Shown in pieces: positions 46,983 through 55,904 of a stretch of 64,000 nucleotides of DNA. The notes beneath the pieces were generated by a model. The model saw only the letters and a list, made by a program, of their open reading frames with translations, was not told the origin of the DNA and did not search any database. The translations under genes and the position numbers were made by a program. How positions within the stretch are numbered: the first letter of the stretch is position 1; each line of letters begins with the position of its first letter. Source of the stretch: a virus; IMG/VR virus record IMGVR_UViG_3300027747_002638. The stretch is one strand, 5' to 3'.

Positions 46983-47783
46983 TTAAGAATTTATATATCC
47001 TTGAAAATTCAAATCAAACTTGCCATATTCATTAACTGAGAAATTATAATTTTTATTAGAGTAAATCATTTTATTTAAATTAAAACTTTTAACAATTGCA
47101 GAATTATTAATATTTTTAAAATTAACCTGTAAGTCTTTGGTCTGCAAATTAGAAAAGAAACTATAAGGAGAAGAAATAGATTCATCGCTTATTTCAAAAT
47201 TAAATCTACAAGAAACCTCTATAGGATATTCGCTAGTTACCGCAGAAGGTACATAATTACCAATTGTATATATTGGTAACTTTTTACAAGAATAAGAGAT
47301 TCCACAATTGCTTACTCTGTTTAAATTTGTTTCAGCCAAGTTAAAATCAATATAACAATAATTAATAGGCGAAATTTCATAATTAATAGCAGAATTATTA
47401 GTATTTATACCAGTCAGATAGCTTAATTCTCCCAATACTCTGCCTTGAACAGACACTTCTACTGGTCTATCAAGTTGAGCGTCTATAGAATAACTATCTA
47501 TAAAACCACTAGAAAAATACAAATATTTGTCACCATATTCAATTTTTCCTGTAAAAAAAGAATTACCAGTATAATCAATAAATGGCTCTGAAGTTCCAGG
47601 TATATAATTTAAATTAAAATTAGCAATAATTGGTTGATTTATTATATAATTCATACCAGTATTAGATATAGCAAATGAAGGAGTTATATTCGTATCATAA
47701 TTTAAGCTTAAACTTTGTATACCAGATATAAAAGTATTATTTAGGTAAAATTTTTGATTTTGAATCTGAGAAACATTAAACAT
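46983..47783 (-). CDS. Tail tube-like/structural protein
   Basis: Two similar halves (ISGIQSLSLNY; RVSNCGISY...PIYTIG), beta-rich, GTGTAA upstream, adjacent to tail genes. Confidence 0.5.
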   Translation of the reverse strand: MFNVSQIQNQKFYLNNTFISGIQSLSLNYDTNITPSFAISNTGMNYIINQPIIANFNLNYIPGTSEPFIDYTGNSFFTGKIEYGDKYLYFSSGFIDSYSIDAQLDRPVEVSVQGRVLGELSYLTGINTNNSAINYEISPINYCYIDFNLAETNLNRVSNCGISYSCKKLPIYTIGNYVPSAVTSEYPIEVSCRFNFEISDESISSPYSFFSNLQTKDLQVNFKNINNSAIVKSFNLNKMIYSNKNYNFSVNEYGKFDLNFQGYINS

Positions 47784-47792
47784 TAAATATAA

Positions 47793-47813
47793 TTACACCC
47801 TTTTTAAGTGTAA
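47793..47813. promoter_or_regulatory. Back-to-back divergent GTGTAA pair
   Basis: TTACAC 47793-47798 (9 nt to ATG 47783); GTGTAA 47808-47813 (21 nt to ATG 47835, with GAGG/AAGG SD in leader). Confidence 0.72.
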
Positions 47814-47834
47814 ATTTATAGAGGTTAAAGGTAT

Positions 47835-48371
47835 ATGGCAAGCGTTTACGACACAGTATATGGTTGGGCTGTAGGTACTACTTATAGTAAGTACAATATT
47901 GTATCTGGATCTAATAGCAAATATTATTATTCTTTAATAGATAATAATCTTGGAAACAATCCAACTACAATTGCTTATTTACAATCTGGATGGGATGGTT
48001 ATAAATTATTTAATTCTAGTTATATACCAAACTTTTTCTGGCAACCATCTTATCAATCAAGTGCAAAAATTGAACCAAGAGTTAAAAAAATTCAATTTGG
48101 AAACGGATACCAACAAAGAATACCAGACGGTATAAATTTTGAACTTAAAAATTTAACTTTAACTTTTGAAAATAGATCAGAAACAGAAACAGTTTCAATT
48201 TTACATTTCTTAGAACAAAGAGGCGGACAACAATCTTTCGCTTATAATGTTCCAACTATTTATGCAAAACCTTCTGGAGTTAGTAAATTTATTGCACCCA
48301 ACTGGGAAACTAATTATAATTTTTACAACAATTATAGTATTAAAACAGTATTTGAAGAAGTCCCAAATTAA
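47835..48371 (+). CDS. Minor tail protein, lambda gpM-like (distal tail)
   Basis: F.W.PSY, PRVKKIQFGNGYQQRIPDGIN, FLEQRGGQQSF, FEEV. Confidence 0.88.
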   Translation: MASVYDTVYGWAVGTTYSKYNIVSGSNSKYYYSLIDNNLGNNPTTIAYLQSGWDGYKLFNSSYIPNFFWQPSYQSSAKIEPRVKKIQFGNGYQQRIPDGINFELKNLTLTFENRSETETVSILHFLEQRGGQQSFAYNVPTIYAKPSGVSKFIAPNWETNYNFYNNYSIKTVFEEVPN

Positions 48372-48377
48372 AATAAT

Positions 48378-49760
48378 ATGCCAACCTCTTTAGAAGTTTA
48401 CAATCAAATAGTAAGTGGATATAAATCCATAAATACAGAAACAAATAAATTAGAACCATCTGTACCAGTAGTTTTTTATGAAATAGATTTAACTCAAATT
48501 TATCCACAGATTAGAAATACCACTACGTTAACAAATCAACCATTACAAAACGGTATTTTAAGAATATATAATGATTACAATTTATACAATTTATCAAGCC
48601 AACCGTATGGTACAATAACTTGGAAAAATAATCAGTATTTTCCAATGCCTGTACATGCAGACGGATTTGAAATGAATAGTGCTGGAACTCTTCCAACTCC
48701 AAGAATTTTTATTGCAAATAGTAGTCCAGATACTTCAACAAATTCTTTTTATAAATATATAAGATTACAAATTCAATCTTTAGGAGATATTGTTGGCGCA
48801 AAATTTACAAGAATTAAAACTTTTTTAAAATATTTAAATGGTGTTAATTTTTCTGGAGGATTTAATCCATATACAGATGATCCATCTATATCTGAAATTG
48901 AGTTACCAAAAGACATTTACTATATTGATCGAAAATCTCAAGAAGATAATTTAATTTTAGAATATTCTTTAGGTTCTATTCTAGATGTTGAAGGAGTATT
49001 TTTACCTTCAAGAACAATTTTTTCTAATAAATGTCCATTTGAGTATAGAGGCGAAGGATGTTTGTATGAATATGATAGTAGAAGATCTATAGTCCATAGC
49101 GGAGTTTATGGAGGAATTGTCAACTCGAGTGGAGTTAATATAAGATTACTACAAACTGCACCACCAGTTGCAACAGAAAATGATCAGCTTTTCTTGGGAT
49201 CATCTGGTTCAGTTTTTGTTACTGGAGTTAATACTTATGCTGTAAATAGAATTACTGGCGGAGCTGGTGATTTAGGAGCATGGAATACTGGACAAAGTTA
49301 TACAAGTGGAGATTTTATATATTTACAAAATACAAGTAAATTAAATTATTATTTTGTATGTATTAATAATCATACGTCTTCTTTAGAAAATTCTCCACCA
49401 AATACAACATTTTGGTTAGCAGATTCTTGTTCTAAAAGTATTTCTTCATGCAGACTAAGATGGTTAAAAAATCCAGCTTTTAGACCTGTTATTTGGCCAA
49501 CGGATAGAGGTGGTTGGGATTTAAATTATTATAAATTAGCTGATAGAATGCTTAGAACAGCAATAGAAGCAACTAGTCAGTTAAGTCCACCAGCTTTTGT
49601 TGATACAGGTATAAATTCTCCATTTCCAAGAAGACCAGCATGTTGGAATCCAAACTCTGATATTTCGCATGGAATACCAAAAGATTATTTAGGAAATTAT
49701 TTAAATGGATTTCTTCCATTTGGAGGTTTTCCAGGAACAGATCAACCAAACAATCAATAA
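48378..49760 (+). CDS. Minor tail protein, lambda gpL-like
   Basis: GTLPTPRI, GAKFTRIKTFLKYL, CPFEYRGEGC, DSCSKSISSCRLR, LPFGGFPG. Confidence 0.88.
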   Translation: MPTSLEVYNQIVSGYKSINTETNKLEPSVPVVFYEIDLTQIYPQIRNTTTLTNQPLQNGILRIYNDYNLYNLSSQPYGTITWKNNQYFPMPVHADGFEMNSAGTLPTPRIFIANSSPDTSTNSFYKYIRLQIQSLGDIVGAKFTRIKTFLKYLNGVNFSGGFNPYTDDPSISEIELPKDIYYIDRKSQEDNLILEYSLGSILDVEGVFLPSRTIFSNKCPFEYRGEGCLYEYDSRRSIVHSGVYGGIVNSSGVNIRLLQTAPPVATENDQLFLGSSGSVFVTGVNTYAVNRITGGAGDLGAWNTGQSYTSGDFIYLQNTSKLNYYFVCINNHTSSLENSPPNTTFWLADSCSKSISSCRLRWLKNPAFRPVIWPTDRGGWDLNYYKLADRMLRTAIEATSQLSPPAFVDTGINSPFPRRPACWNPNSDISHGIPKDYLGNYLNGFLPFGGFPGTDQPNNQ

Positions 49761-50485
49761 TGAATACTAAAATTAAAAATAAAATAAGAAATCATGCGAT
49801 AGAAGAATCTCCGCAGGAATGTTGTGGTTTTGTTATTGAACATAATGGGATTATAGACGTTTTGAAATGTAAAAATATATCTAAAGACCCAATTAATAAT
49901 TTTAAAATATCTGCTCTAGAATTTTTAAAAATAAAAAATTCATACAATCCACTTTATATTTATCACAGTCATTTAGATGAAGAAAACTTCTCGATGATGG
50001 ATAAAAATTGCGCAGAAGAATCATCTATAGATTTAATACTTTATATATTAAAAAGCGATACTTTCAAGTATTACAGTTCTAATAATTCAGAAAGTTTAAA
50101 ATATATTGGAAGAAATATTAATTTTCAACAAACAAATTGTTTTGATTTAGTAAAATTATACTATAAAAATGAATTTAATGTAGATTTAAAATTTCCAGAA
50201 AATTTTATAAATGACCATATGCTAAAAGTAAATCAAGAAAATCTTGATCTAGTATTAGAATATGCAAAAATAAATAATCTAGAATTAGATTATACTGATG
50301 AATTCATAAACCACGATATATTACTATTTAATAGTGATGGTTATTTTCATTTAGCTATTTATTTAGGAAATGACAAGATTTTAGAACAACCTAGAAATGG
50401 GTTTTCAAAAATAACAAATTACTGTAATTACTATAAGAGAAATAAAATAGCTAGACTAAGGAGATCAAAAAATGGTAACAGTTAA
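49760..50485 (+). CDS. Tail tip assembly protein, lambda gpK-like (JAB + NlpC/P60)
   Basis: PQECCG, YHSH...FS..D; NCFDLV..YY, HLAIYLG. Confidence 0.85.
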   Translation: MNTKIKNKIRNHAIEESPQECCGFVIEHNGIIDVLKCKNISKDPINNFKISALEFLKIKNSYNPLYIYHSHLDEENFSMMDKNCAEESSIDLILYILKSDTFKYYSSNNSESLKYIGRNINFQQTNCFDLVKLYYKNEFNVDLKFPENFINDHMLKVNQENLDLVLEYAKINNLELDYTDEFINHDILLFNSDGYFHLAIYLGNDKILEQPRNGFSKITNYCNYYKRNKIARLRRSKNGNS

Positions 50486-51224
50486 TTTACACGGTAGATT
50501 AGGGGAAGAGATAGGAGAAACATGGCATTTAAATGTTACTTCTGTATCAGAAGCTATGAGAGCAATAGAAGCAAATACTAGAACTTTTAGAAAGTGGCTA
50601 CTAGATAACTCTAAAACAAAAGGTTATTCTTCATACGCAATACTTATAAACAATAAACCAGTAGAAATTAAAAATCAAGAAAATATAAATGAATTTAAAA
50701 ATTCAGAAGTATTTATGGAATATGGAGAAAAACTTCAAACAATAGATCTTATACCAGAAGTAATGGGATCTCGTAGCGCTATAATGTTTGTTGTTGCAAC
50801 AGTTTTAATTATTACAGCAATTTTTGTTCCACCATTAGCTCCAGTTTTAATATTAGGCGCAATTGGATTAATAGCTGCTGGTGTTACTAGTTTATTAAGT
50901 AAACCACCACCACTTATTCCATATAATGCGCAACAAGCAGATCCTATAAGCACTTCTGCAGGAGAAGTTGGAGGCCCAAGTTCTTATCTTTTTAATGGCC
51001 CAGTAAATACAGTTGGTGAAGGAGGACCAGTCCCAGTAGGATATGGTACTTTATTAATTGGATCAAATAATGTATTTGCATCTTATGATGTTCAATATAA
51101 AACATCTAGAAGAGGAATTACTGCTGCTGGAAATACAGTATCTTCTGGATCTTATACATATTTATTTGATTCTAATTGTAGATTAATGGGTCAAAAACCA
51201 ACAATAAACGAAATAAATTTCTAA
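50472..51224 (+). CDS. Tail assembly protein, lambda gpI-like
   Basis: VNLHGRLG, EAMRAI, hydrophobic segment, SYLFNGPVNT..EGGPVPVGYG. Confidence 0.88.
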   Translation: MVTVNLHGRLGEEIGETWHLNVTSVSEAMRAIEANTRTFRKWLLDNSKTKGYSSYAILINNKPVEIKNQENINEFKNSEVFMEYGEKLQTIDLIPEVMGSRSAIMFVVATVLIITAIFVPPLAPVLILGAIGLIAAGVTSLLSKPPPLIPYNAQQADPISTSAGEVGGPSSYLFNGPVNTVGEGGPVPVGYGTLLIGSNNVFASYDVQYKTSRRGITAAGNTVSSGSYTYLFDSNCRLMGQKPTINEINF

Positions 51225-51225
51225 T

Positions 51226-54200
51226 ATGGCAGGAGCAACAAATCTTAGCGCAGAAGGACTAGAATACCTTTGGTATCCAGGAACCATAGGATTAACTTTT
51301 GCTGGAATGACTTTCCCAGAAAGTGAATGCATAGATAGCGCTCCAGGAGTTAGTTCACTTAGTTTTAGTGGTTATGATCCTATGGGAGCTTTTGATTTTT
51401 ATTTTAATAATGGAATAAGTGGATATAAAACTTACTCTAGTCAAATTATGACATTTGATGGCTTAAGTAATCTTTGGCAATTTAATTCTGCTGTTGATTC
51501 TGTAGTAAATATTAGTTATCTTCGAGGTGCCCCAAATTTCAATAGCTTATATTCAATTGTTTATGGCGGAAGCGCTTTTGATCCAGTAAATTACGGTAAA
51601 ACTACTTTAATAAGTGGTACGACTGGAAATGTTGCAATAACTAGCATAAATAAAATAGGAGTATTAGATTTAATTTGCGAAGGGCCAATAGAAGGTTTTG
51701 TAACAGGAACTTATTTTTATAGTTATTCTGGAAAAAATACTGGAGATATTGGATATACTTCATATTCTTTTATTCCATTTAATAGTTCTGGTTTTTATGG
51801 CGGATCAGAAGATGGAAATCAATATCTTGAAACTCCACCAGAATCTCGTTCAATTTTTTGGAATGATATTCCAATTGTTCAAAAGAATGGAGCGTATAAT
51901 TTTAAATCAGTAAACTATAAATATACTATAGGTGATCCTAATTTGCATACTCAAATGAGTCCCACAATAAATTTATTTGAAGATAGATATAGCTATTTTG
52001 GAAATCAAATAGATAAATTTAAATATCCTCTTGTAACTTCAAGAACAAAATCAATAAATGAAAGACTTTTTGGATCAATTATAACTACTGGTATTACTGA
52101 CGTTGGATTTCCTAAATCTTATAATGTATATAATACAGATGTTTCTGCTATAAAATTAAATTTTAAAATTAATGGATTAAGTGAAACGATTGTTTCAGTT
52201 GGATCTGGAAATCAAGGGGATGTTTATAAACAAACTCTTAAAATTAATTTTTTGTTATTTAGACTTTTTAGAGATGGTAGTACCGCATTAATAGATGCTT
52301 CTCAATTTTATCCATATAAAAGTCAATATTATTTTAACCATAGTATTTTACTTAGAGGAAAAGTAAGCAGCCCAATGTTAAGTTCTTATCAATATTGTTT
52401 TCGACCATTTGCAGAAAATTTTCCAGCTTTTCAAATCATGCAAAATCAAATTGGATGGTCGGTTACAGTAACTAAAATAACTCAAGAAGGTTTACCTCCA
52501 GGAGTGACAAACTCTTGTTCAGTTGATAGCATAACAGAAATTTATAGTGATAGATTTGTTTATCCTAATGTTGCAATGGTTTACAATGAATTTGATGCTA
52601 GATATTTTAATAGCGTTCCAACAAGAAGTTATAAAATGAGACTTTTAAAAGTTAAAATCCCAAATAATTATGATCCAATTACAAGAAGTTATAACGGTTA
52701 TTGGGATGGTACATTTAAATTAGCATGGACAGATAATCCTGCCTGGTGTTATTATGATTTAATTACCAATAATAGATATGGGTTAGGTAAGTATATTGAT
52801 TCATCCTTAGTTGATAAATGGAATCTTTATGAAATTGCACAATACTGCGATCAATTAGTTCCAGATGGTAATGGTGGTTTAGAACCAAGATTTACTTGTA
52901 ATTTAATGATTTCAGCAAAAGATGAAGCTTATAAAGTTTTGAATGATATGGCTTCAATATTTCGAGGGATAACTTATTATTCTGCTGGATTAGTTTTTGC
53001 AAATCAAGATAGACCCAAAAATATTATTTATTCATTTAATAACGCAAATGTTGTAGATGGTAAATTTACATATTCAGATAGTTCAAGAAGAGTTAGAAAA
53101 ACCGTAGCAACTATTAGATACAACAATGAAGATGATAATTATAAACCAGCAATAGAATATGTAGAATATAGACCTGGAATATTAAAATATGGAATAAGAG
53201 AAATTGCAGTTACTGCATTTGGTTGTACAAGCAAAAACCAAGCAAGAAGATTAGGAAAATGGTATTTGATTACAGAAAATTTAGAAACGGAAACAGTAGT
53301 TTTTGATGCAGGATTAGATGCTGGATATCTTATTCCAGGAGATTTAGTTCAAATTTATGATCAAAATAGAAAAAATGTAAATTTTGCTGGAAGAACGAAA
53401 GAATTATCTACAGGATCTGCGACTCTTGATTTACCATATAATACTGGAATATTAAATAATTTAACTGGATTTAAGAGTAATTTTGATATTTTCTTCTTAA
53501 CTCCTACTTACAATTTAAATTACGGAACAGACCTAGGTAATGATTATATAACTGGTTACAATATAACCTCAAGCGGTGCGACAGGATTAAACTCGGATTT
53601 CTTTAGAAGAAGCGCTGTTCAAAAAATGACTATACCATTACCAACTCAAAACTATATAACAAGAGGAACTGGAGTTTATTCAGACAATATTAGAATAATA
53701 TTTCCTTCTGGTTTGAACGGATCAGGATATAGTTTATTGGAAAATGCTGTATGGAATATAGATGTAAATACTAGTGGATATACTGGCATAGATATTATAT
53801 CGCCAATAAATAATCCTTCTAGTTTAACATATCCAGGCGCATTATATGATGGATATTTAAATGAACCACAAATTTATAGAATTTTAAATATAAAAGAAGA
53901 TCCAGAAAATAAAACATATAATGTATCAGCTATGCAATATGTACCAGCAAAATATGGAGAAATAGATTTAGACGCGCAATTAATAAATGTACCTAATAAA
54001 CCTTTACTTCCTGGCGCTCCAAATGTAATTTTAAGCGGTTTATATAGAGATGCAGCTGGTAATTTAACAGGATCAAATAGATTATTGTATCAAGGAGTTC
54101 AAACTGCGATTGGAATTAATAGCGTAGCTTATTCTATATCTCCATCTACAAATGGTTCTTATATTAGTCAATATTTAATTTATATGAGAACAGGTACAGC

Positions 54201-54471
54201 TTTTACTAGTTTAACAAATGATCAAACAGACCTAATAGATATACAACCAGCCAATGTTAATACTGGATTTTATCCAACTGATCTTATTAATGGAAGAGAG
54301 TTAGGATTATATCCTCCATATTTTACTCCTCAATATTCTGGAACTTTTTACTTTAAAATTTATGCACAAAATTCATTAAACGAAGCATCAAGTCCAACAT
54401 TAGGCTCTTTCACTTTAACGAGTCAAGCTCCTTTAGATAGAGTTCAGGCTTCTGGAGTTAACATATTATGA
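51226..54471 (+). CDS. Tail tip/host-specificity protein, lambda gpJ-like
   Basis: DLICEGPIEG, WDGTFK.AWTDNPAW..YDL..NRYGLG, YCDQLV..G.GG.EPRF, AFGCTS..QARRLGKW. Confidence 0.9.
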   Translation: MAGATNLSAEGLEYLWYPGTIGLTFAGMTFPESECIDSAPGVSSLSFSGYDPMGAFDFYFNNGISGYKTYSSQIMTFDGLSNLWQFNSAVDSVVNISYLRGAPNFNSLYSIVYGGSAFDPVNYGKTTLISGTTGNVAITSINKIGVLDLICEGPIEGFVTGTYFYSYSGKNTGDIGYTSYSFIPFNSSGFYGGSEDGNQYLETPPESRSIFWNDIPIVQKNGAYNFKSVNYKYTIGDPNLHTQMSPTINLFEDRYSYFGNQIDKFKYPLVTSRTKSINERLFGSIITTGITDVGFPKSYNVYNTDVSAIKLNFKINGLSETIVSVGSGNQGDVYKQTLKINFLLFRLFRDGSTALIDASQFYPYKSQYYFNHSILLRGKVSSPMLSSYQYCFRPFAENFPAFQIMQNQIGWSVTVTKITQEGLPPGVTNSCSVDSITEIYSDRFVYPNVAMVYNEFDARYFNSVPTRSYKMRLLKVKIPNNYDPITRSYNGYWDGTFKLAWTDNPAWCYYDLITNNRYGLGKYIDSSLVDKWNLYEIAQYCDQLVPDGNGGLEPRFTCNLMISAKDEAYKVLNDMASIFRGITYYSAGLVFANQDRPKNIIYSFNNANVVDGKFTYSDSSRRVRKTVATIRYNNEDDNYKPAIEYVEYRPGILKYGIREIAVTAFGCTSKNQARRLGKWYLITENLETETVVFDAGLDAGYLIPGDLVQIYDQNRKNVNFAGRTKELSTGSATLDLPYNTGILNNLTGFKSNFDIFFLTPTYNLNYGTDLGNDYITGYNITSSGATGLNSDFFRRSAVQKMTIPLPTQNYITRGTGVYSDNIRIIFPSGLNGSGYSLLENAVWNIDVNTSGYTGIDIISPINNPSSLTYPGALYDGYLNEPQIYRILNIKEDPENKTYNVSAMQYVPAKYGEIDLDAQLINVPNKPLLPGAPNVILSGLYRDAAGNLTGSNRLLYQGVQTAIGINSVAYSISPSTNGSYISQYLIYMRTGTAFTSLTNDQTDLIDIQPANVNTGFYPTDLINGRELGLYPPYFTPQYSGTFYFKIYAQNSLNEASSPTLGSFTLTSQAPLDRVQASGVNIL

Positions 54472-55904
54472 AGCTTTTAGCTAAAAATTTAAATTTAAAA
54501 TTAACTTGGGAATTATCATCAGCTCTTCCAGCATTATATGCTAATAAATTAATACCAACTAAATATTTTCCAAATTTTAATGTAGATATTTATGATAAAG
54601 AAAATAATCTTTTACAAAGTTTTAAAAATATTGATTCAAAAAAAGAAATAGAAAAATATATTGTACCAAACGAAATTTTATATCCATCCAAAGAATCCAT
54701 AGAAGGCACAAGAATTCAGAAAGATCTTCAATCAGAGAAAAATATTCAAAAAGTTTTAGAAAATTATTTTGAATATCCTTTCCTTTCTAATTATAAAAAA
54801 TATAAACAAATAAAAAATAAAATAGGATTTTTTGATAATTTAAAATTTGATATTACTTTTAATTCAAAAGAACCATCTTATTTAAATTTTGAAGTCGAAT
54901 ATCCAAAACTTAATACTTTAAAAATAGATTCTATTTTTAATAAAATTTACAGAAGTAATGATTATTATTCAATTAAATTTTTAATAAATACAGAAAATTG
55001 GAATGAAAGCCAAGCCTATTCATTATTAATATTCCCTTCTTATAAGGATACGAAATTAAATAAAATTTTAATAGAAAATGTAAGTAGTTTATGGCTTAAT
55101 TCAATAGATGAATTAAAACTATTAACCGTTCCATTTGTTGAAACTGGATTAGTTGAAAATTTGAACTCTTTAGATCTTAAAATATATGTTTTAAATAAAA
55201 TTCAATTAGACTTATATAAATTCCTTGGTGATTTTGAATTTCCAGAAGATATAGAAAACTTTTTTTCAAGTACTTATTCTGACCAAATTATAAATGTTTC
55301 TTTGGACCAAAATAATAATAAAAATGGATTCTTTCAAGGAAGTTTATATTCATTTAATGATGAAAATTTTAATGCATTATCTTGGCCTAAAAATGAACTA
55401 TTAATTAATAATTTAAACTATAAAAATTACTTTCCAATTTCTAATTATAACAGTAAAGATACTATTTTAATAGAAGAGCAAGCAATTATTAACAATGTAT
55501 TATCTATATTCAATTCTCAAGATATGGAATCAAATCAAATAGGATTATATTATAATAATATATATGAGTCCTGTGCTCAAGATATACCATTCTTTAATTT
55601 TTTAAATTTAAATAGCCTAGAAATCGTTGAAGTCAGAAACTTAAATGGTAATATTCAGATATTTTTAGAAGCAACAACTAATATAGAAAATATAGAAAAC
55701 ATATATATAGAAAGTTCTTCTAATTTAATATTACAAAATAAATACTTAAAAAATATAAATGGTAAAGCTTATACGGCTATATTATTTTTATACGAATATT
55801 CAAAATTAGAAGTAATAAATAAATCTTTACAAGATAACTTACAAGTAGATCAAATAATTTATAAAAAAGTGCCAATTAGTTTTTCTTGGAAAATTATAAA
55901 TTAA
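54468..55904 (+). CDS. Hypothetical Asn/Ile-rich protein downstream of gpJ
   Basis: 478-aa ORF, ATGA-coupled to gpJ. Confidence 0.6.
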   Translation: MKLLAKNLNLKLTWELSSALPALYANKLIPTKYFPNFNVDIYDKENNLLQSFKNIDSKKEIEKYIVPNEILYPSKESIEGTRIQKDLQSEKNIQKVLENYFEYPFLSNYKKYKQIKNKIGFFDNLKFDITFNSKEPSYLNFEVEYPKLNTLKIDSIFNKIYRSNDYYSIKFLINTENWNESQAYSLLIFPSYKDTKLNKILIENVSSLWLNSIDELKLLTVPFVETGLVENLNSLDLKIYVLNKIQLDLYKFLGDFEFPEDIENFFSSTYSDQIINVSLDQNNNKNGFFQGSLYSFNDENFNALSWPKNELLINNLNYKNYFPISNYNSKDTILIEEQAIINNVLSIFNSQDMESNQIGLYYNNIYESCAQDIPFFNFLNLNSLEIVEVRNLNGNIQIFLEATTNIENIENIYIESSSNLILQNKYLKNINGKAYTAILFLYEYSKLEVINKSLQDNLQVDQIIYKKVPISFSWKIIN

